64,000 nucleotides of DNA from Negativicutes bacterium. GTDB taxonomy: Bacteria > Bacillota > Negativicutes > UBA1444. The notes below the pieces were generated by a model that was given only the letters and a program-made list of their open reading frames with translations, did no database searches and was not told where the DNA came from. The DNA lies in the NCBI GenBank assembly GCA_963665275.2, contig CAXXIN010000003.1:32001-96000 (forward strand), given 5' to 3'. The position numbers and the translations under genes are program-made. Below, piece after piece: positions 40,193 through 49,426 of this stretch; within the stretch, counting starts at the first letter, position 1, and each line of letters starts with the position of its first letter.

Positions 40193-40462
40193 AGTTGAAC
40201 TTCCTCCGATATTATATTTATTAACAATCTAGTATTTTTTAGCATTTGCTATTTGATTTCCTTATTGTATCTATCTGTTCCTTGAGTCTATAGTCCTATT
40301 TCAATGAACCGAAGGACTCAACATTTCCAAACTGTACCCTTTACTTCTGCACCGCACGCCCCAAACATCATCATTAACAATAAAAAGCCAAGGCACCTTG
40401 TGATGAAGGTGCCTTGGTTGGTTAATAATAATTTAAGAAACTGTGAAACTAAAAAAATATCA

Positions 40463-40900
40463 TTAATTCTTGTTTAGAAGAATCAGCCCTATGGCGCAAA
40501 ATACAACTCCCAGTGTTCTGTTAAGAGCAAATCCCTCTTGGTAAAAGAGAATACCTACGGGAATAAGCATAATGGCAAGCAGAATATTTGCAACTAAAGA
40601 CCCTACACTTATATCCCATCCTGCCCTATACGCCATTAGCGTCCCAAACTCAAGTCCAACAATTGCGATCCCTAGCGCAGCGCTTGTCCAATTTAGTTCT
40701 TTTAATGAATGAACAAAATTTTTGTCAGAGTGAAAAAGCAGGAAGGCAGAAAGAGTTATCATTGATGCAGACAAATATGTTACGAGTAGAGATACCATTG
40801 AATTGGCACTTTCTGGAGTCGATTTCTGACAAACATGATACATAATATTCGATGCAACAATCAACGCAATGGAAAACACGTACATAAGATTGATCTTCAC
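40463..40900 (-). CDS. EamA/DMT-family small transporter
   Basis: Five TM; YHVCQK...P, GLEFG...AYRAGW motifs; family C hairpin at 40383-40419. Confidence 0.8.
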   Translation of the reverse strand: MKINLMYVFSIALIVASNIMYHVCQKSTPESANSMVSLLVTYLSASMITLSAFLLFHSDKNFVHSLKELNWTSAALGIAIVGLEFGTLMAYRAGWDISVGSLVANILLAIMLIPVGILFYQEGFALNRTLGVVFCAIGLILLNKN

Positions 40901-41077
40901 CTCATTGACTTTATTCTAGTGTCGAAACCTCAAAGGTCGTATGAAATTACTGCATCGAGCAGAACTCCTACAGATAATTATTTTACCACACTAAATGTAT
41001 CCTGTAGATACGAACACCTTGCCTTTATGCCCCAAACCCACTTGCCCCTCTGTCCCAAACAATAAATCCATCCACCA

Positions 41078-42955
41078 ATCGAGTAGGAGGGGGCGGCGAG
41101 CCCCCGACCTCTCACACCACCGGACATGCGGGTCCGCATCCGGCGGTTCCCAAGGATTGACGAAGTTTTCCATAGTGTGCAAGCAAACTCAACAGCCCTT
41201 GACGTTCCCAATAGGTAACGTCGAGGGCATTATTTGTGTTGCGGGCCATGGCCCAGGGTCCCTTGCTGGATTTGGCCATCATCCACGCCGCCCACTCCGG
41301 TACGCCCAGCGCCCGGAGGTTTCGGAAACGTGTCCACGCCCTCTTCCATTGTTTCCAGAGGCACATGCGCAGTCGCCGCCGTAACCATTGGTCCAGTTCC
41401 CCGCAATGCTTCTTGGCCGATGCCACATGGAAATATCCAATCCAGCCCCGCAGATACTGGTTAACCTGCCGGATTCTTTCTTCCATCGCCACGGACCATG
41501 TTCGGTTCGTGAGTTGTCGGATTCTCTCCTTGCAACGCTCCAGCGTCTTTGGCGCTAACCGGATGGTTCCCGCTTTGTCGTTCAAGAAACTAAAGCCAAG
41601 AAACTTTCGCTTCCACGGTCGGTCTACTGCACTCTTCTCCCGGTTTACCTTGAGTTTGAGCTTGCCTTCCACAAACCGGACCACCGATTCCATCACCCGA
41701 ACTCCTGCCCGCCTGCTTCGCACGAACAAGTTGCAGTCGTCCGCGTAGCGGACGAACCGATGCCCGCGCCGCGCCAGTTCCCGGTCCAAGTCATCGAGCA
41801 GAATGTTCGACAATAGCGGACTCAACGGACCGCCCTGCGGCGTTCCCTCTGTTGTCCTACTTACTACGCCACATTCCATGACTCCGGCGCTTAAGTAACT
41901 GCGGATGAGTTTCAGAACTCGTTTGTCTCCCACTCTTCGCGCCACCCGCGCCATCAACATGTCGTGGTTGACCCGGTCGAAGAATTTCTCTAGGTCCATG
42001 TCCACGACAAACCGATAGCCTTCCCGGATGTGTTCCTGCGCCCGCCGGATTGCGTCATGCGACCGTTTCCCCGGCCGGAAGCCGTAGCTTTCCGGGCTGA
42101 AGTAAGGATCGAATATCTGGGTCAGTGTCTGCAGAAGGGCCTGCTGGATCAGGCGATCCAATACGGTTGGGATACCCAGCGCCCGCGTCCCGCCTCCGGG
42201 TTTTGGAATGTCCACCCGTTTCACGGGTTGCGGCCGGTAAGTTCCCGTTCGGAGCTGTTCTTTAGTTGTTTCCCAGTTGGTCTGGAGATATCCCGCCAGT
42301 GTGGCGGTATCCATCCCGTCGACGCCGGGAGCTCCTCCGTTTTGTTTCACCCGCTGGTAGGCGCGTTTCATGTTTTCCCGCTCCAGCGTTTTCTCCAGCA
42401 GTTCACCAGGGTCTTCGCGAGAGGGCAGGTCCACTTGTGCCGGTGATGGGCTCAGCGCTCCGGCATACTTTTGCGGCTTCACCGCTACTTTTTGCCGTAA
42501 GCCTTCTTCTGAAGTTGGCTGCTGTAATTGCTCATCACGCGAACGCATAGTTTCCCTCTCTTTCTTTGGGTTCGGCCCTTCCGGCGCGGCGTCCCGCTCT
42601 CCGTACTATGGCCTCGGCTGACTCCTGCGATTTCAGCGCCGCCTCACGGCGGCGGTTGCCGACTCAGTCGGCGTGACCGCAGGCCTCCCCGGATAAGAAC
42701 GTCATCTTTCCACTCATGCACCTGCCCAAGTTTACTGCTTCAGCCCTTGGCGGCTTCGGACTTCGTCTTCTCGTGCAGACTCGTCCGGCTGAAACAGCCT
42801 CAAATTGGGTTCGTATACCTCAGGTCGAGCATTTGCCTCCAGCTTCCTTCAGATTCCGTCTCGCGACGGACACCCTTGCTCTTGGCTAACGGTAGGCGCT
42901 CGCCAGCCCCCGCTCGGGACTTTCACCCTATAGACGACGCCCATGCCGGGCGTAC
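41078..42955 (-). mobile_element. Group IIC intron
   Basis: 5' GTACGCCCGGCATGGGCG..CTATAGGGTGAAAGTCCCG; DV GAACCGCCGGATGCGGACCCGCATGTCCGGTGGTGTGAGAGG; DVI ends CTCGAT; inserted just after a terminator-like hairpin. Confidence 0.93.
41112..42548 (-). CDS. ltrA: Group II intron reverse transcriptase/maturase (no En domain)
   Basis: GAPGVDG, R.LGIPT..DR..Q, GTPQGGPLSPLL and RYADD motifs; X domain GWIGYF. Confidence 0.95.
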   Translation of the reverse strand: MRSRDEQLQQPTSEEGLRQKVAVKPQKYAGALSPSPAQVDLPSREDPGELLEKTLERENMKRAYQRVKQNGGAPGVDGMDTATLAGYLQTNWETTKEQLRTGTYRPQPVKRVDIPKPGGGTRALGIPTVLDRLIQQALLQTLTQIFDPYFSPESYGFRPGKRSHDAIRRAQEHIREGYRFVVDMDLEKFFDRVNHDMLMARVARRVGDKRVLKLIRSYLSAGVMECGVVSRTTEGTPQGGPLSPLLSNILLDDLDRELARRGHRFVRYADDCNLFVRSRRAGVRVMESVVRFVEGKLKLKVNREKSAVDRPWKRKFLGFSFLNDKAGTIRLAPKTLERCKERIRQLTNRTWSVAMEERIRQVNQYLRGWIGYFHVASAKKHCGELDQWLRRRLRMCLWKQWKRAWTRFRNLRALGVPEWAAWMMAKSSKGPWAMARNTNNALDVTYWERQGLLSLLAHYGKLRQSLGTAGCGPACPVV

Positions 42956-42960
42956 ACACA

Positions 42961-42994
42961 AAAAGCTTCCAACCACGAATGGCTGGAAGCTTTT
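42961..42994. repeat. Family A hairpin (A5), intron target stem-loop
   Basis: aaaagcttccaaccacgaatggctggaagctttt, 5 nt from the intron 5' end. Confidence 0.8.
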
Positions 42995-43018
42995 ATATTT
43001 TGATCAATTCTGGTGATT

Positions 43019-43954
43019 TCATGTAATCACCATATATACAGGAATAGCAAACACTGCGAAAAGTGTTGTAATTGCCACCATTAAAGCTGCATATTCCGCG
43101 TCTGCTCCATATACCTTGGCAAGCACTGTATTATGACTCATGGCAGGCAAAGCGGCTTGAATAACAAAGACTTTTTTCATAAGTTCCGGAATTGGAAAAA
43201 AGAATACAACGATTAGAATGACTATAGGGGAGATCACAAATCTTCCGAGCAATATGGCCAGCAACTCATTGCTAAATTTTATTTTGTTTATTTGAATTCC
43301 AAATATTGTAATTCCAATAAACAGCATTGATAAAGGTGTGGTCATGCTTCCCAAATACTTGGTTGTGTTAATTGCAAAATCCGGCAAATGAATTCCGCAA
43401 AGTATCATGAATACTGCAACTGCAAAACCAACAAGTGGCGGAGAGCATACTCTCTTTACTGTTTTAAGACTCAGGATTTTCGCCGGAACCGCAGTTCCGT
43501 CCAAACTGATTGAATAATTGCCAATTGTCCAAAACAGAATAGCATTTGCGAGAAAGTATACCAAGACATAAGGAATGCTCTTTTCACCGAATAATGCCAA
43601 ATTAACCGGCACACCAACAAATACCGAGCTGGAGCAAAAGAAAATTGATCTGAAAGTTCCTGCTCTATTGGCAGGCAATTGTAGAGCCTTTGAAAGCAGA
43701 AAAGCTATGGCGAAACTGATAAGCATTGATATTATTGGAACGGCGATTCCATTAAGCATAAGTAAAAAGGCTGATTTATCAAAGGTGGTCAATAAATTCC
43801 AAATCATATATGTCGGCAATGCAACGTAATTTATCAATTGGGGTAGCAATTTTGAATTTTCTTGATTAAACCATCCTTTTGCAGCCAGGATATACCCTAT
43901 TGAAACCATTATGATAATGCTGACCAGCCCTTCCATCGCATGAAAAAATACCAA
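43019..43954 (-). CDS. AEC-family (auxin efflux/malate permease) transporter
   Basis: About 10 TM; VALP, F.GVPV..ALFG, SPP, MTTPLSM..IG and AALP motifs. Confidence 0.88.
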   Translation of the reverse strand: MVFFHAMEGLVSIIIMVSIGYILAAKGWFNQENSKLLPQLINYVALPTYMIWNLLTTFDKSAFLLMLNGIAVPIISMLISFAIAFLLSKALQLPANRAGTFRSIFFCSSSVFVGVPVNLALFGEKSIPYVLVYFLANAILFWTIGNYSISLDGTAVPAKILSLKTVKRVCSPPLVGFAVAVFMILCGIHLPDFAINTTKYLGSMTTPLSMLFIGITIFGIQINKIKFSNELLAILLGRFVISPIVILIVVFFFPIPELMKKVFVIQAALPAMSHNTVLAKVYGADAEYAALMVAITTLFAVFAIPVYMVIT

Positions 43955-44025
43955 TTTTCCCCCTCCTGCATTGTCAATGAAACATCTTCATTCCGCCTAA
44001 TAATTTATTACTGGCAAAAAGAAAC

Positions 44026-44418
44026 TCAATCCTTATAGTTTGGATAATAACACCCATTGATCATTTTCAATTCATCTGTATAGTTTTTGGCTTCCGTTGA
44101 ACTTACTGTTAGCTTGTCCTGAATCAGGTCTAAAATGCACTTTTTGCCTTCATTGTCGTACCCATCTACAAAAGCTAATGAAAGCAAATTGGAAAATACA
44201 ATCTGCCGGGTTCGACGGTCAGAGAAATTATTACAAAGCTGATCCAGGGATATTGGTTGTAACGAAACCTGAATTGGATTTATTGCCATTTCTTCAAGAT
44301 ACAAATTTATCAATTCTCGCTCAGTATATCCCAAGCAGCCATCAGATTTCGCGACTAAAAATGCCAGGTTTACAAAAGCATCTTTCTCGTGTTGTGTTTT
44401 TAAATCTGTCAAAAGCAT
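44026..44418 (-). CDS. TerB-like protein
   Basis: EKDAFVNLAFLVAKSDG....E and LAFVDG.D..E-like duplicated helical motifs. Confidence 0.6.
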   Translation of the reverse strand: MLLTDLKTQHEKDAFVNLAFLVAKSDGCLGYTERELINLYLEEMAINPIQVSLQPISLDQLCNNFSDRRTRQIVFSNLLSLAFVDGYDNEGKKCILDLIQDKLTVSSTEAKNYTDELKMINGCYYPNYKD

Positions 44419-44561
44419 TCTAATCCCTCCCTGATATTTTTGTTGACGTTAATTACTTCTGTGTGTATCATAATATCAAAGTTATAGTCATACATATAAT
44501 ACTAAATTACTTTATGATTCATAGGAAAAACTTATGTTAAGAAATATGGTGGGTAACGTTT

Positions 44562-45443
44562 ATGGATATAAAGCAGCTTAAATATTTTAGAGCCATTGTT
44601 GCAGAAGGCAATATTACCGGAGCAGCCACACGTTTATTTATGACGCAACCATCGCTAAGTCAACAACTGCATCTTCTTGAAAACGAGCTGGGTGTGAAGC
44701 TGGTTCAGAGAGGCAGCAGAAGGATTACCGTTACTGAAGCAGGTCGTTTATTAAATGACAGAGCTGGACAAATTTTAGACTTACTAAACGCCACCGCTTT
44801 GGAAGTAAAAGAGTTTCACGAAGGATATAAAGGCACATTGTCTATAGGAACAATTGCATCTTCCGGCGTGACACTATTGCCAAGCCTGATTCGGGACTAT
44901 CATCAACAATATCCTAATATCAATTTTCAATTATTGGAAGGTGATACCCCACGAATTTTGGATTTGTTGAAAAACGGTATAATTGAAATAGGCATTGTCC
45001 GAGCCGCTTTTGATGCAGAGCTTTATGATTGGGTGGACTTACCAACTGAACCAATGATTGCAGCCACTTCCCAAAAATGGAGTGGCGGAGATCACTCCCA
45101 ATATATTTCCATCAAGGATCTTGCAAACAAGCCATTACTGCTACATCGCAGCAATGAAACAATGATAATAGAATGCTGTCAGCGCGCTGGATTCCAACCC
45201 AACATTATCTGCAAGGGTGATGATGTCCGGTCTTTATTAGTTCTTGCCAATGAAGCGATTGGGCTTGCGATTGTGCCAAAATCCGCATTAGGTTTAGTCC
45301 CAGGCAATAATATAAAATATAGAGAGATTATTGATTCACCTTTAGAAATAAAGAAAGCAGCAGTCTGGTTGCGACAAAGATTCCTTTCCATTGCTGCAAA
45401 ACATTTTATTGATATGCTGCTATTACTCAAATCGAATTCTTAA
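44562..45443 (+). CDS. LysR-family regulator
   Basis: GNITGAATRLFMTQPSLSQQL..LE.ELG; divergent from the TerB-like/AEC genes. Confidence 0.93.
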   Translation: MDIKQLKYFRAIVAEGNITGAATRLFMTQPSLSQQLHLLENELGVKLVQRGSRRITVTEAGRLLNDRAGQILDLLNATALEVKEFHEGYKGTLSIGTIASSGVTLLPSLIRDYHQQYPNINFQLLEGDTPRILDLLKNGIIEIGIVRAAFDAELYDWVDLPTEPMIAATSQKWSGGDHSQYISIKDLANKPLLLHRSNETMIIECCQRAGFQPNIICKGDDVRSLLVLANEAIGLAIVPKSALGLVPGNNIKYREIIDSPLEIKKAAVWLRQRFLSIAAKHFIDMLLLLKSNS

Positions 45444-45609
45444 ACAAAGAAAATGTCTACTCGTCCTTCCCCTGCCCCTTCCTCCCCAAATATCATCAGT
45501 AAATACCGTCATTTACCGGCACCCAGACTGGCACTTGATCACCAACCCAAGTCAAAACCTTCAATGCATTATTCACCAATCGTTCGCAGAAAGGATTGAG
45601 AAGTTTAGT

Positions 45610-46260
45610 ATGAGTAGTAATCAATCATATGGACCCTGTCCAAAGACTCCCCACCCGATGCCAGGGCATCCCCGAGTATGCTACATAAAGAATGTCGTCA
45701 AAAACCCTAATATCATAATTGGTGACTATACCTATTATGATGATCCGGAAAATCCCGAAGAATTCGAAAACAATGTCTTATACCACTACGACTTCATAGG
45801 CGACAAATTAATCATCGGAAAGTTTTGTGCCATAGCCACTGGTGTCAACTTCATTATGAACGGCGCCAATCACCAAATGGATGCTTTGACAACGTATCCA
45901 TTTGGTATATTTGGCTCAGGATGGGAAGTAGGACAACCTGCGTTGGCCGACCTACCAATCAAAGGGGATACAGTAATCGGCAACGATGTTTGGATTGGCT
46001 ACCAATCAGTTGTGATGCCCGGTGTCAAGATTGGCGACGGAGCAATTATCGCTGCAAAATCGATCGTAACAAAAGATGTTCCCCCATACACAATTGTTGG
46101 CGGCAATCCTGCCAAGTTCATCAAACAAAGGTTTGACGATCAAGTTGTTGCAAAGTTATTAGCTATCAAATGGTGGGATTGGTCTGTCGAAAAAATTACT
46201 CACAATATACCTTTCTTGGTTAGCAATGACATTGAACAACTTATGAAAATAGAAGAATAG
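45610..46260 (+). CDS. Vat/CatB-like xenobiotic O-acetyltransferase
   Basis: IGDYTYYDD, LIIGKFCAIA, MNGANH, KGDTVIGNDVWIG and GGNPA..IK.RF motifs. Confidence 0.9.
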   Translation: MSSNQSYGPCPKTPHPMPGHPRVCYIKNVVKNPNIIIGDYTYYDDPENPEEFENNVLYHYDFIGDKLIIGKFCAIATGVNFIMNGANHQMDALTTYPFGIFGSGWEVGQPALADLPIKGDTVIGNDVWIGYQSVVMPGVKIGDGAIIAAKSIVTKDVPPYTIVGGNPAKFIKQRFDDQVVAKLLAIKWWDWSVEKITHNIPFLVSNDIEQLMKIEE

Positions 46261-46293
46261 GTTAAGCAAACAATCAAAATAATCCCCCAACAC

Positions 46294-46329
46294 AAAAGGC
46301 TCCTCGGACGAAAATCCGAAGAGCCTTTT
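46294..46329. terminator. Family B hairpin between convergent genes
   Basis: aaaaggctcctcgga-cgaaaa-tccgaagagcctttt. Confidence 0.8.
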
Positions 46330-46350
46330 ATCAACTATGCATATTGATTA

Positions 46351-47412
46351 CTATTTCAACAAATATTCAGCAGGACTATGAAATTCTCCTCCAGCCAGTT
46401 TCATCCGCACCACAGGAGCAGATTCAGCCAAATTCAATTTCTTTAAATCGATAGAGCGCAAACTCGGATTGTCTGCATCATAAAAATATATGACTTTGTT
46501 TTTGTGATCTCTTATGATCGTCCACAACGTGTAGTTATACGAACCCAAACCAGCGTATGCACTGGCTTCGACTCTTGCCTCCCCACGAACCACAGCCACC
46601 TTATTCATAATGGCGGTTGCGGTGGCAATCGCGGAGGGTAAACTCTGCGGTTCGTTCACGTATTTGTTAATCAAATACGCTTGCACGAAACGACGATCTT
46701 CATATATCACCACATCGTCATTAGACATCGCATTGGTATAATTGTTATATTTTTTCAAATTATTAATGTGCCAGTCATACGGGGGATCGTTTGTAACTAC
46801 TTTAATCGCGGAAATATCGTGGATTTTCATTTGACCATCGACAAATTCGATAACAATGCTCTCGCCGGTCTCGTCGCCGATGATTAAATGCTGCGGTGGA
46901 ATCATTTTGAGTTCTCCCGCATAATTGCCAGTAATGATTGTTTTTTGCAGCGCCTGTCGCAATTCAGCGATGTTAGAAAAATTCCCCAATACCCACTCAC
47001 TTGCGTATGTCAAAGGAATCACTTCACGGCTAGGATAACGTGCGGGCTCTGGATATTCTGCCCCTTCCATCCACTGCATCGCCACTGAGAGGCCCTTTTC
47101 ATTCAAACCATCACTAAAAACATCTCGTCCAAGCAGGTTAACGCCAACAAAACCATATTTTGTTTTCTTGTCGATTAAAATCCCTTCGGGATATTTCATC
47201 ATGGTCACGACGTGACCGGCAGGAACAACAACAATATCGGAATTCATCTCAATATCAAAATCCATATTGCGACCACTTACTACGTAGTTCCGCGAGTTTA
47301 GAAATACGCTTGTACAAGCTTCAGCCGGGAGCGCGGCGCCCCAGAAACTCAGAGTTAACGCAACCAGGCTATAAATGAAAAAATCCCGACGCTTGCTGAA
47401 TAAACAATTCAT
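46351..47412 (-). CDS. Secreted choloylglycine hydrolase / penicillin V acylase family protein
   Basis: Signal peptide AEA-CT (Ntn nucleophile Cys); GRNMDF, DGLNEKGL and TNDP motifs. Confidence 0.88.
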   Translation of the reverse strand: MNCLFSKRRDFFIYSLVALTLSFWGAALPAEACTSVFLNSRNYVVSGRNMDFDIEMNSDIVVVPAGHVVTMMKYPEGILIDKKTKYGFVGVNLLGRDVFSDGLNEKGLSVAMQWMEGAEYPEPARYPSREVIPLTYASEWVLGNFSNIAELRQALQKTIITGNYAGELKMIPPQHLIIGDETGESIVIEFVDGQMKIHDISAIKVVTNDPPYDWHINNLKKYNNYTNAMSNDDVVIYEDRRFVQAYLINKYVNEPQSLPSAIATATAIMNKVAVVRGEARVEASAYAGLGSYNYTLWTIIRDHKNKVIYFYDADNPSLRSIDLKKLNLAESAPVVRMKLAGGEFHSPAEYLLK

Positions 47413-47452
47413 ATTACCCTTCCCCCGCAACATTGCCTCAATGCAGATTATT

Positions 47453-47917
47453 CTACTGGAGTACATTCCATTTTGTCTCAACAGCCTTTGTCACTTCGTT
47501 ATTATTGTCCTTTAGCATATTCCGCTGCGCGTTTAGTGACGTCACTAATAGCCCCTTATCCAGCATAGACGATAATTGATCTTGGTTCATTTGCAGCATC
47601 TGCTGTCGGGTGTATGTCATCAGTTGCTCTTTCGTTTCCTGCTTCGTCTGGGTTTTAAGAAAGCTTTGACCCATCGTCTTCACCTGCTCAGGAGTCATCA
47701 CCACCATCATTTTATCGATTGCCCTAATGTACATCATTAAAACCATCTGATCTTTAAGCGCCGTTATCGCATCTTTCTCATTCGTAATCATCTGTTCGCC
47801 TTTAATCAAATCATTCATTGTTTTCTCACCGCTTGTCATGACCGGAGCCGCCAATACTGTTCCCATACTTGTAACCACCATCAGGATAACAAGAACAACT
47901 GTGAATCGCTTTAACAT
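47453..47917 (-). CDS. Secreted Met/Gln-rich helical protein (paralog 2)
   Basis: Close paralog of 31015-31473. Confidence 0.75.
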   Translation of the reverse strand: MLKRFTVVLVILMVVTSMGTVLAAPVMTSGEKTMNDLIKGEQMITNEKDAITALKDQMVLMMYIRAIDKMMVVMTPEQVKTMGQSFLKTQTKQETKEQLMTYTRQQMLQMNQDQLSSMLDKGLLVTSLNAQRNMLKDNNNEVTKAVETKWNVLQ

Positions 47918-48114
47918 AAGTAACACCCCTTATTTATTATTGTATTATTGATTTACGCTCTTTACCAAACGTTTTGGCAAAGCCTTTCTTTGTCCATGTT
48001 ATACGGTATCCGCTTAATTGAAAAGACATAAAGGAAAATCCGCAGGCTTTCGAGTAAAATTGGCAGGCTCGTCTGGACGATGGGAAAGCCTAAAACCATT
48101 CTTCTCCCAACAGA

Positions 48115-48150
48115 AAAAGGCTTCCACCCACGAATGGCTGGAAGTCTTTT
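48115..48150. repeat. Family A hairpin (A6)
   Basis: aaaaggcttccacccacgaatggctggaagtctttt. Confidence 0.75.
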
Positions 48151-48201
48151 ATATTTTAATCTTATTCAACTGCGTTAGTATTTCATATTCTGCCTGACGA
48201 T

Positions 48202-48657
48202 TTATTTTATCCTTCTAACCACTTCGTTATACAAGATTTTTGCAAGATCGCCATCGAGTGCAGCCCAATGTGCATCGGCAGGAAGGGTCTCTTTTAGGAT
48301 AACCTTATCGTTTTTATCGAAAAAGCTGAATTCTGTGGCTCTGAATGTCCGATCATTGATTTTCATTTCCTGGACAATCAAAAGGTACTCCACGTCAACA
48401 AAAGGATTCACGCCGCCTTTGCTCCACGCTGCGGCTCGAGTCTTTTTCGAATTTTCATCAAATGTTGTTTTTATCTTGTAATTGGCGATGTCTTTATCCT
48501 TATTATATACAACTGTCGCCACGTCAAGGTTGAGTGTCGTCCCGCCTAGTTCGCCGATTTTAACATATTGGGGCTGACTACAGCCCGTCATAACTAACGC
48601 AACAATAATTAGAACAAACAACGAAACCAAAGAACACGCCTTTTTCATTTGTGACAC
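48202..48657 (-). CDS. Hypothetical lipoprotein
   Basis: Lipobox MTGC. Confidence 0.7.
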   Translation of the reverse strand: MSQMKKACSLVSLFVLIIVALVMTGCSQPQYVKIGELGGTTLNLDVATVVYNKDKDIANYKIKTTFDENSKKTRAAAWSKGGVNPFVDVEYLLIVQEMKINDRTFRATEFSFFDKNDKVILKETLPADAHWAALDGDLAKILYNEVVRRIK

Positions 48658-48740
48658 CCCTTACCCTTCGATTGTTGAAACAGATACTCCTCCAGCCGCA
48701 AATGGTTGAAGGTCCTTGTTATTTTCACGACCCAAGATGT

Positions 48741-49247
48741 TCATTGCCGTATTAAGGCATAAATAAAAGAATCTGATACTATCCCATTTTTGTATATGCT
48801 ATTTTTCAACTTACCCTCCAATTGGAAGCCCGCCTTCTCAAGCACTCTAATAGACCCTGCATTATAGGAAAATATTTCTGCAAAAATCCTGACCACATCA
48901 TAAGATTGAAAGATTTCTCGGCACATTCGATTTACGGCTTCTGTCATAATTCCTTTGCCCCAGAAGTCTTCACCCAGCCAATACCCTATCTCGCAACATT
49001 TGCAGTGCACATCATCTTTGATAAAACACCCTATAACTCCAGCCGCTTCTTGATTTACAACAATGGCTCGAATGTATTGATTCTTTTCTTCGTTGTTCAT
49101 AGACTCATTTATAAAGCTTCTGGCATCCTCAACCGTATATGGATGCGGAAATATATTACGCAAGTTATTCGCTATATTATTGTTATTGGCATATTTCGCT
49201 ATGCTTATCGCATCAGAACTTTGCAGTTCTCTTAATTCAAAATCCAT
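48741..49247 (-). CDS. RimJ/RimL-type GNAT acetyltransferase
   Basis: FPHPYT, EIGYWLGEDFWGKG and N.GS.RVLEKAGF motifs. Confidence 0.9.
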   Translation of the reverse strand: MDFELRELQSSDAISIAKYANNNNIANNLRNIFPHPYTVEDARSFINESMNNEEKNQYIRAIVVNQEAAGVIGCFIKDDVHCKCCEIGYWLGEDFWGKGIMTEAVNRMCREIFQSYDVVRIFAEIFSYNAGSIRVLEKAGFQLEGKLKNSIYKNGIVSDSFIYALIRQ

Positions 49248-49381
49248 GCATTCGCCCTTCGCTTCTTTCGGAAAGTTTATGAAAGCATTTTATCATATCT
49301 GCGTTATCCGTCTCTACAATAGTCCTTTACAATCGCTCACCAAATCGATCGCCAAAAACCTTAAACTGCATCAACAAATAC

Positions 49382-49416
49382 AAAAGGCTTTCAGCCACGA
49401 ATGGCTGGAAGCCCTT
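49382..49416. terminator. Family A hairpin (A8) directly behind the selC 3' copy
   Basis: aaaaggctttcagccacgaatggctggaagccctt, 10 nt from the tRNA CCA. Confidence 0.8.
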
Positions 49417-49426
49417 ATATTTATTA

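Noticed and set aside
41112-42548. RT as a retron, DGR or defence RT
   Set aside because: It is embedded in full group II intron domains with a maturase X domain; no msr/msd or TR/VR is seen
41234-43016. Plus-strand ORFs over the intron
   Set aside because: Antisense shadows of the RT gene and structured intron RNA
4381-49416. Hairpin families as a CRISPR array
   Set aside because: Spacing is irregular and kilobase-scale, the copies are diverged, and there are no cas genes
21709-49416. Classical integron / attC sites
   Set aside because: No IntI gene is present. GTTRRR-like tails occur after some hairpins, but I could not find matching RYYYAAC inverse cores or L boxes
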